Assembly (NCBI GenBank): GCA_947001705.1
Contig: CAMQHT010000002.1
Location: 25,702-89,701, forward strand
From: an uncultured Collinsella sp.
GTDB taxonomy: Bacteria; Actinomycetota; Coriobacteriia; Coriobacteriales; Coriobacteriaceae
Direction of reading: 5' to 3'
Length of the DNA stretch: 64,000 bases
Every line of letters begins with the position of its first letter. Position 1 is the first letter of the stretch. The position numbers and the translations under genes are program-made. The notes beneath the pieces were generated by a model. It was not told the DNA's origin. It made no database searches and was given only the letters and a program-made list of their open reading frames with translations. This document shows positions 57,557-64,000 of the stretch, piece after piece.

Positions 57557-58921
57557 CTAGTTCTTCAGCGAGTTCAGCGGCGCTGGGAAGCGTCCACCGC
57601 GATGGGCAAGCACGGTGCCGGCGTTGGGGTTCACCGGCATGATGGGTGCACGGCCGAACAGGCCGCCGTACTCGACGCAGTCACCCACGCCCTTGCCGAT
57701 GGCGGGAATCACGCGGACGGCCGTGGTCTTGTTGTTGATGACGCCGATGGCCATCTCGTCGGCGATGATGCCGGCGATGGTCTCGACCGGGGTGTCGCCG
57801 GGGATGGCGATCATGTCCAGGCCAACGGAGCACACGCAGGTCATGGCCTCGAGCTTCTCGAGCGAAAGCGCACCGGCCTCGACGGCGGCGATCATGCCGG
57901 CGTCCTCGGACACGGGGATAAAGGCGCCGGAAAGACCGCCCACGCTGGAGCTGGCCATGACGCCGCCCTTCTTGACGGCATCGTTGAGCATGGCGAGCGC
58001 GCAGGTCGTGCCCGGGCCACCGCAGGTGCCCACGCCGATGATCTCGAGGATGCGCGCGACGGAGTCGCCGATGGCAGGCGTGGGAGCCAGCGACAGGTCG
58101 ACGATGCCCTTCTCGACACCCAGACGATGGGCGGCCTCGCGGCTCATGAGCTCGCCGGCACGGGTGATCTTAAAGGCGGTCTGCTTAATCTTTTCGGCGA
58201 CTTCCATCATCGAGGCGGAATCGGGCAGCGTCTCCAAGGCTGCGGCCATAACGCCGGGGCCCGAGACGCCTACGTTGATGACGGCGTCGGCCTCGCCACC
58301 GCCGTGGACGGCGCCCGCCATAAACGGGGAGTCCTCGACCATGTTGGCAAAGCAGACAAACTTGGAAGCGCCGACGGAATCCTGGTCGGCCGTGAGTTTA
58401 GCGGCATCGATGATGGTCTGGGCGGCCATGAGCACGGCATCCATGTTGATACCGGCGCGCAGGCTGGCGACGTTGACGCTGGAGCAGACGCGGCTCGTGG
58501 TGGCGAGTGCCTGGGGGATGGACTGGATAACGCGGCGATCGGCGTCGCCGATGCCCTTCTGGACGAGCGCGGAGAAGCCGCCCAGGTAATCGATGCCGAG
58601 CGTCTCGGCCGCGCGGTCGAGGGCGTGCGCGATGGGGGTGAGGTCCTCATCCTTGCAGCACGCGGCGATCTGGGCCACCGGGGTGACGGAAACGCGCTTG
58701 TTGACGATGGGGATACCGTACTCGCGCTCGAGGTTCTCGGCGGTCTCGACCAGATGCTCAGCCGTGTGCGTCACGTGGTCGTAGATCTTCGTGCACATGC
58801 GGTCGAGGTTCTCGTCACCGCAACCCATGAGCGAAACACCCATGGTGATGGTCCTGATGTCGAGGTTCTGCTCCTCAACCATGCCGCGGGTTTCCGCGAT
58901 TTCTGCGGGCGTGATCGCCAT
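57557..58921 (-). CDS. DUF711/UPF0210 (PFL-like) family protein
   Basis: [68 protein letters not shown]. Confidence 0.92.
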   Translation of the reverse strand: MAITPAEIAETRGMVEEQNLDIRTITMGVSLMGCGDENLDRMCTKIYDHVTHTAEHLVETAENLEREYGIPIVNKRVSVTPVAQIAACCKDEDLTPIAHALDRAAETLGIDYLGGFSALVQKGIGDADRRVIQSIPQALATTSRVCSSVNVASLRAGINMDAVLMAAQTIIDAAKLTADQDSVGASKFVCFANMVEDSPFMAGAVHGGGEADAVINVGVSGPGVMAAALETLPDSASMMEVAEKIKQTAFKITRAGELMSREAAHRLGVEKGIVDLSLAPTPAIGDSVARILEIIGVGTCGGPGTTCALAMLNDAVKKGGVMASSSVGGLSGAFIPVSEDAGMIAAVEAGALSLEKLEAMTCVCSVGLDMIAIPGDTPVETIAGIIADEMAIGVINNKTTAVRVIPAIGKGVGDCVEYGGLFGRAPIMPVNPNAGTVLAHRGGRFPAPLNSLKN

Positions 58922-59029
58922 CCTTGCGCTCCTATCTGCCAAAACGAGCATAGTCTTTTCTATTCTAACGTGCCGCACGTGCCAAGTGGCGCATGCGGCA
59001 CGTTTTGGTGCTCGGTTGTTTCCGTTGTG

Positions 59030-61588
59030 TTACTGCCCAAAGACCTCTTCGGCGATGCGCGCGCTTTCGGCGGCGTCCTTGGCGTAGTAGTCCGCGCCGA
59101 TCTGCTTGGCGTATTCGGGGGTGAGCACGGCGCCGCCTACGATGATCTTGACGCCCGGAGCCTCGGCATGGAGCAACTTGATGGTCTCTTCCATGGCGAC
59201 GACCGTGGTGGTCATAAGCGCCGAGAGGCCGACGAGCTTGATGTCACGCTCCCGCACGGTCTTGAGCACCTCTTGCGGGTCGACGTCGCGGCCTAGGTCA
59301 AAGACGGTATAGCCGTAGTTATCGAGCAGCATCTTGACGATGTTCTTACCGATGTCGTGGATGTCGCCCTTGACGGTGGCCACGCAGATCTTGCCCTTGT
59401 CGGCGATCTCGCCGGCGGGCATCAGGCGCTTGATGGTGTCGAAGCCCACGCGTGCGGCTTCGGCCGAGGCCATGAGTTGCGGCAAGAAGAACTTGCCCTG
59501 GTCAAAGAGGACGCCCACCTCGTCGAGGGCGGGGATAAAGTGGTTGTTGATAAGGTCCATGGCGTCGTGGTCTGCCAGCAGACGCTCGGTCTCGGCAGCG
59601 ATCTCGCCTTTGCGGCCCGAGACGACCATGCGACGAATCGGGTCGTCGTTGCCGTCGGTGCCGGCGGTGCCGGCAGCGGGCACGGTGTCGGTCGATGCGG
59701 CCTGAGCCGCTGCCGGGTTGGCGGCGATCTTATACGGATCGGTCCAGCCGGCATAGCGCTCGATGTATCCGGTCGAGCCCTCGTCCTCAACGCTCAGGAC
59801 GCGATAGCTGTAGACGGTGTCCATAAAGCGCTTGGAGCCCGGGTTCATGATGGGGGCATCGAGGCCCGCGCCAAAGGCGGCGGCCAAAAAGACCGAGCCC
59901 AGCAGCGGGCGGGCAGGCAGACCAAAGCTGATGTTCGACACGCCGAGCGCGCATTTGACGCCCAGGCGCTCCTTGCACAGGGACATGGCGCGCAGGATCT
60001 GCTCGGCCTGGCGTTGATTGGTCGAGGCGGTCATGACCAGGCAGTCGATGAGGATACGGTCCGGGCCGATGCCGTAGCGGGCAGCCTCGGCCACGATGCG
60101 CTCGGCGATGGCAAAGCGGGCCTCGGCGGTATCGGGGATGCCGCCTTCGTCGAGCGTAAGGCCGACAACGTTGGTGCCGTAGTGGGCGACCAGCGGGAAG
60201 ATCTCGTCCATGATCTGCTGCTTGCCGTTGACCGAGTTGATGATGGGCTTGCCGGCGTAGCGACGTACGGCGGCCTCGACGGCGGCGGGGTCGGTGGAGT
60301 CGATCTGCAGCGGCAGCAGCGTGGAGCCTTGGAGCTGCTCGGTGGCCTGTTGGATAATCTTGACCTCGTCGATCTCGGGCAGGCCCACGTTGACGTCCAG
60401 GATGTCGGCGCCCTGCTCCTGCTGGCTGATGCCCTGGCTCACCACGTAGTCCAGGTCGCCGTCGCGCAGGGCCTGCTGCAGGCGCTTTTTGCCGGTGGGG
60501 TTGATGCGCTCGCCGATGACGGCGATCTTGTGGCCGTCGCAGGGGAGGTCCACCACGGTCTGGGCGCTTGTGACCGACATGCTGGGCTTGCGGTGGCGCG
60601 GACTGGGCGTGTGGTTATCGATAAGCGTGCGCAGCGCTGCCATGTGCGCCGGCGTGGTGCCGCAGCAGCCGCCCACGACGCTTACGCCGTCCTCAATCAT
60701 ACCGGCGACGGCCACGGCGTACTCGGGCGCCTGGATATCAAAGACGGTGTTGCCGTCGTCGTCCACGTGGGGCAGTCCTGCGTTGGCCTGCACCATAACG
60801 GGCTTGTCCGTAACGGTGAGCATGCGAGCGGCGAGTCCTCGGAGCTCGGCCGGTCCCTGGCTGCAGTTGATGCCCAAAACGTCGGCGCCGATGGCATCGA
60901 GCGTGATGGCGGCAACCTCGGGACTCGTGCCCAGGAAGGTGCGACCGTCTTCCTCAAAGGTCATGGTGGCAAAGACGGGCAGGTCGGAGTTCTCGCGGCA
61001 GGCGAGGACGGCCGCCTTGATCTCGGCCAGGTCGGTCATAGTCTCGATAATAAAGAGGTCCACGCCCGCGGCGACGCCGGCGCGCACTTCCTCGGCAAAG
61101 AGGTCATAGGCCTCGTCGAAGCTGAGGGTACCCAAGGGGCGAAGCAGCGCGCCGATGGGGCCGATATCGCCGGCGACGTAGTGGGCGCCGGCCGCGCGGG
61201 CGCAGGCGACAGCGGCGGCAAAGACATCTGCCACGGTGGCGGTACCGTCGAGCTTGTGGGCGTTGGCGCCAAAGGTGTTGGCGGTGATCACGTCGCAGCC
61301 GGCTTCGACGTACTGACGCTGGATGTCGGTAATGACCTGAGGCTCCTCAAAGTTGAGCAGCTCGGGCAGGGCGCCGGCCTTCATGCCGGCCGCCTGCAGC
61401 ATGGTACCCATGCCGCCGTCGAACAGCAGGTGTCCCGTGCCCTCGATGGCGGCGCGCAGACGATCGTCCTTAATGCGAAGGTCGTCGATCGTGCGCGTCT
61501 TGTATGCAGCTCCGTTGCGGCGCGCAGCATCAACAGGCGCCGCCAATGCAGTGCCGTCAGAATCATGAGTGATAAGCGGAGTAAACAT
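59030..61588 (-). CDS. metH: Cobalamin-dependent methionine synthase core (Hcy-binding, pterin-binding, cap and B12 domains), without the activation domain
   Basis: FDGGMGT, GINCSQGP, GGCCGTTP, IGERINPTGKK, IDSTD, GVSNISFG, ATVKGDIHDIGKNIV. Confidence 0.93.
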   Translation of the reverse strand: MFTPLITHDSDGTALAAPVDAARRNGAAYKTRTIDDLRIKDDRLRAAIEGTGHLLFDGGMGTMLQAAGMKAGALPELLNFEEPQVITDIQRQYVEAGCDVITANTFGANAHKLDGTATVADVFAAAVACARAAGAHYVAGDIGPIGALLRPLGTLSFDEAYDLFAEEVRAGVAAGVDLFIIETMTDLAEIKAAVLACRENSDLPVFATMTFEEDGRTFLGTSPEVAAITLDAIGADVLGINCSQGPAELRGLAARMLTVTDKPVMVQANAGLPHVDDDGNTVFDIQAPEYAVAVAGMIEDGVSVVGGCCGTTPAHMAALRTLIDNHTPSPRHRKPSMSVTSAQTVVDLPCDGHKIAVIGERINPTGKKRLQQALRDGDLDYVVSQGISQQEQGADILDVNVGLPEIDEVKIIQQATEQLQGSTLLPLQIDSTDPAAVEAAVRRYAGKPIINSVNGKQQIMDEIFPLVAHYGTNVVGLTLDEGGIPDTAEARFAIAERIVAEAARYGIGPDRILIDCLVMTASTNQRQAEQILRAMSLCKERLGVKCALGVSNISFGLPARPLLGSVFLAAAFGAGLDAPIMNPGSKRFMDTVYSYRVLSVEDEGSTGYIERYAGWTDPYKIAANPAAAQAASTDTVPAAGTAGTDGNDDPIRRMVVSGRKGEIAAETERLLADHDAMDLINNHFIPALDEVGVLFDQGKFFLPQLMASAEAARVGFDTIKRLMPAGEIADKGKICVATVKGDIHDIGKNIVKMLLDNYGYTVFDLGRDVDPQEVLKTVRERDIKLVGLSALMTTTVVAMEETIKLLHAEAPGVKIIVGGAVLTPEYAKQIGADYYAKDAAESARIAEEVFGQ

Positions 61589-61597
61589 CGAGGGCTC

Positions 61598-62386
61598 CTA
61601 ATGGCTGGAATAGCAGGTGGTGTGGGCGGCGCGGAAGCGACAGTGCTCGCGCATGCGGCAGATATTGCAGGTGGGGCGGCTCTGGGCGTCGTGGACCTCG
61701 CCGTCGAACAGACCGATCACCGCGGTCACGCTCTTGGTGGGCATGAGCAGGCTGGTGGGCGTGATGGTAAGCCCGATGAGCCGCGTGGCGTTGAGCGCGT
61801 CCACGATTGAGCGCTGTGCCGTAAGCGGGCAGTCGCCGTAGCCGGGACTGAAGCGCCAGTTACCGGCGAGTCCGTGTGCGGCGGCCGCAGCCTTAACCTG
61901 CTGGTCCATCTGCTCAACGGCGGCTTCTACATAGGCAGAGCATGCGGCGTCGAGCACGGCTCCCTCCAGGGGCTGCTGGGCTCCCGTGGTACGCAGGCGA
62001 CGCTCGGCGTCCATGCCGAGGGTGCATGCCATGAGCGCGGCAAAGCGTGCGTCTTTGAGATGTCGATAGATGTCGCGACCGCGCAGCTCAACGTTGGTGC
62101 CAACCAGACGGATGCAAGGCTCTCCCTGCTCGTCCACGCCCGTGGCATCGACGGTAAACACGCGCCGCACGCCGCGGGGCTCAATGTCCAGCTCAAGGCG
62201 CTCGACCACAAGCTCAATACGTCGTGACAGCTCGGGCTCAATCTGCTGGCCGCCGTAACCCAGATACCGCAGCATCTCGGCACGGTCGACACGGGGATGG
62301 TGCGCAGCATCGACACGGTAAAGCGCCGGCGACGCAAGGTCGGCCGGCACTTCGACAGCGGTTGTATCGATGTGCGGTTTTTCCAT
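61598..62386 (-). CDS. Stand-alone methionine synthase activation (AdoMet-binding) domain
   Basis: LMACTLG, WRFSPGYGD, LIGLTITPTSLLMPTKSVTAVIG, C-terminal C..C....C. Confidence 0.9.
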   Translation of the reverse strand: MEKPHIDTTAVEVPADLASPALYRVDAAHHPRVDRAEMLRYLGYGGQQIEPELSRRIELVVERLELDIEPRGVRRVFTVDATGVDEQGEPCIRLVGTNVELRGRDIYRHLKDARFAALMACTLGMDAERRLRTTGAQQPLEGAVLDAACSAYVEAAVEQMDQQVKAAAAAHGLAGNWRFSPGYGDCPLTAQRSIVDALNATRLIGLTITPTSLLMPTKSVTAVIGLFDGEVHDAQSRPTCNICRMREHCRFRAAHTTCYSSH

Positions 62387-63258
62387 TACCCCAGGCGCTC
62401 CATAATGGTCGCGGCGATCGCAGGACGATTCATAGTGTACAGGTGCAGACCGGCGGCACCGTGCTCCTTAAGGTCGCAAAGCTGACGGGCGGCATAATCT
62501 ACACCGGCTGCCTGCAGGCTCTCGGGGTCGTTCTCGTACTTGGCGAGAATCTTGATGACGGGGGAGGGCAGCGACGCGCCGCACATAAAGACCATGCGGC
62601 TGATTTGCGACTTGCCCATAAACGGCATGATGCCCGCGGTAATGGGCACGGTGATGCCCGCCTTGTCGGCAAGCTCGCGAAAACGGTAGAAGCACTCGTT
62701 GTCAAAGAAGAGCTGCGTCACAAAGAAGCTCGCGCCGGCGTCCTGTTTTTGCTTGAGGTATTCGACCGAAGCGTTGAGGTCCTCACAGGCAATGTGGCCC
62801 TCGGGGTAGGCCGCGGCGCCCACACAAAAGCCGGCGTCGACAAGCTCGGGGATGAGGTCACGGGCGTAGGCGTAGTCCGAGGCGGGCTTGTCATCCTCGG
62901 TCGCGCCAGTGGGCAGATCACCGCGCAGGGCCAGGATGTTTTCTACGCCGGCGGAGCGGTATTCGTCGATCTTGGCGACGATATCGGCGTGCGAGCGGCC
63001 CACGCAGGTAAGGTGCGCCACCGAGGGCGTATTGAATTCGCTCGTAATCATATGCGCGATGGGGGCGGTGGTGGCGCCGTTGCCCGAGCCGCCGGCCGAG
63101 CAGGTGACCGAGACAAAGCTCGGCGAAAGCTTGCACAGATTGCCCGCCACCTCGCGAGCCGTGTCGAGGGTCAGCTCGCCCTTAGGCGGGAACATCTCAA
63201 ACGAAACGGGCGCGGTGCCTCGGGATGCCGCCTGCTTAAAAACCTCGTCGACGCGCAT
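62386..63258 (-). CDS. metF: 5,10-methylenetetrahydrofolate reductase
   Basis: SFEMFPPK, FVSVT, AHLTC, ILALRGD, AYPEGH, KQDAGA.F.VTQLFFD, HLYTMN. Confidence 0.95.
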   Translation of the reverse strand: MRVDEVFKQAASRGTAPVSFEMFPPKGELTLDTAREVAGNLCKLSPSFVSVTCSAGGSGNGATTAPIAHMITSEFNTPSVAHLTCVGRSHADIVAKIDEYRSAGVENILALRGDLPTGATEDDKPASDYAYARDLIPELVDAGFCVGAAAYPEGHIACEDLNASVEYLKQKQDAGASFFVTQLFFDNECFYRFRELADKAGITVPITAGIMPFMGKSQISRMVFMCGASLPSPVIKILAKYENDPESLQAAGVDYAARQLCDLKEHGAAGLHLYTMNRPAIAATIMERLG

Positions 63259-63397
63259 ATCGTGCTCCTTTAGATACGTAATAGTGTGATGTGTTGTAAG
63301 GATTCTACAGCACCACTGTGTCACGGTGGAGTTTCACTCGCTATTCGGGGATACCAATCAAAGATGCCTTGCTATCGACATTCCCTATAGCAGAGCG

Positions 63398-63473
63398 GTC
63401 AATCTAGGATGGGGCTATAAAGACTGGTATCTGATGCGAAATACCAGTTAATAGAGCCCCATCCCAAATTGAC
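63398..63473. repeat. 76-nt imperfect hairpin in the divergent metF / GS-III intergenic region
   Basis: gtcaat..ggatggggct..actggtat / ataccagt..agccccatcc..attgac. Confidence 0.65.
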
Positions 63474-63589
63474 TACCCTTAAACCATGGGGAGAGGTCTG
63501 CAATTTATACAGTTGATTGGCTGTTGAGGGCGGCAACGCCGCCGCGATGCGGTAACCTCATTGATTGGTTTCGTGACAGCAACATAACG

Positions 63590-63605
63590 GTAATGTTGCG
63601 GAAAC
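63590..63605 (+). promoter_or_regulatory. GlnR-like box upstream of the type III GS
   Basis: gtaat-gttgcg-gaaac; shares tgcggaaaca with the site at 6519-6534. Confidence 0.6.
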
Positions 63606-63684
63606 ACGACGAGCCTAATCTATGACTCGTTCGTTAGTAATCAACACCGCTTCTCACGCGGTGCCGATACGAAGGGAGTTCCGT

Positions 63685-64000
63685 ATGGCCGAACTTACTG
63701 ACCGCTTCGGGACCATGGTGTTCTCTGAGGAAGTCATGAAGGACTACCTCCCCAAGGACATTTGGAAGCGCCTTGCTGCAACCCTCGAGGACGGTGAGCC
63801 GCTTGACCTGGATGTGGCCAACGCCGTTGCCCACGCCATGAAGGTCTGGGCCATCTCCAAGGGTGCTACGCACTACGCGCACTGGTTCCAGCCGCTTTCG
63901 GGCATTACTTCCGAGAAGCACGACAGCTTCCTCGAGCCCAACCACGACGGCACCGCCATTACCAAGTTTACGGGCAAGAACCTCATCCAGGGCGAGCCGG
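63685..64000 (+). CDS. glnN: Type III glutamine synthetase, 5' part (runs off the window)
   Basis: [35 protein letters not shown]; aaggga RBS. Confidence 0.92.
   Translation, partial: MAELTDRFGTMVFSEEVMKDYLPKDIWKRLAATLEDGEPLDLDVANAVAHAMKVWAISKGATHYAHWFQPLSGITSEKHDSFLEPNHDGTAITKFTGKNLIQGEP

Overview
GC-rich (about 60-65%) chromosomal window that reads like a gut Coriobacteriia genome, most likely Collinsella; the taxon is inferred from gene content, codon style and the tmRNA tag. Housekeeping and metabolic genes: ligA, gatCAB, ssrA, rplM-rpsI, glmM-crr-nagB, htrA, kdgK-eda with LacI/GntR regulators, moaA plus a moaC-mobB fusion, metF with a split metH, and the start of a type III glutamine synthetase. 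Accessory blocks: an AlbA_2/Schlafen ATPase, MerR-MATE and two ABC exporter pairs, a sortase-dependent pilus cluster, a probable iron-regulated transport cluster and an RHH-PIN toxin-antitoxin pair. Three observations stand out. (1) A type I glutamine-synthetase homologue has lost three of its six metal ligands and the catalytic flap Glu, and sits directly upstream of an orphan GlnR-type regulator. The same GlnR-like box lies upstream of it and of the type III GS. This suggests a pseudo-enzyme nitrogen sensor. (2) A candidate type I toxin-antitoxin module lies between the last pilin gene and the sortase: a 49-aa hydrophobic/basic peptide, 5'-3' long-range mRNA pairing and a convergent antisense promoter. 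(3) Several families of palindromic intergenic repeats are present, two of them flanked by strand-polarised G+T skew. No CRISPR-cas, transposase, integrase, rRNA or tRNA gene was found. Family assignments come from motif recognition, not database searches.
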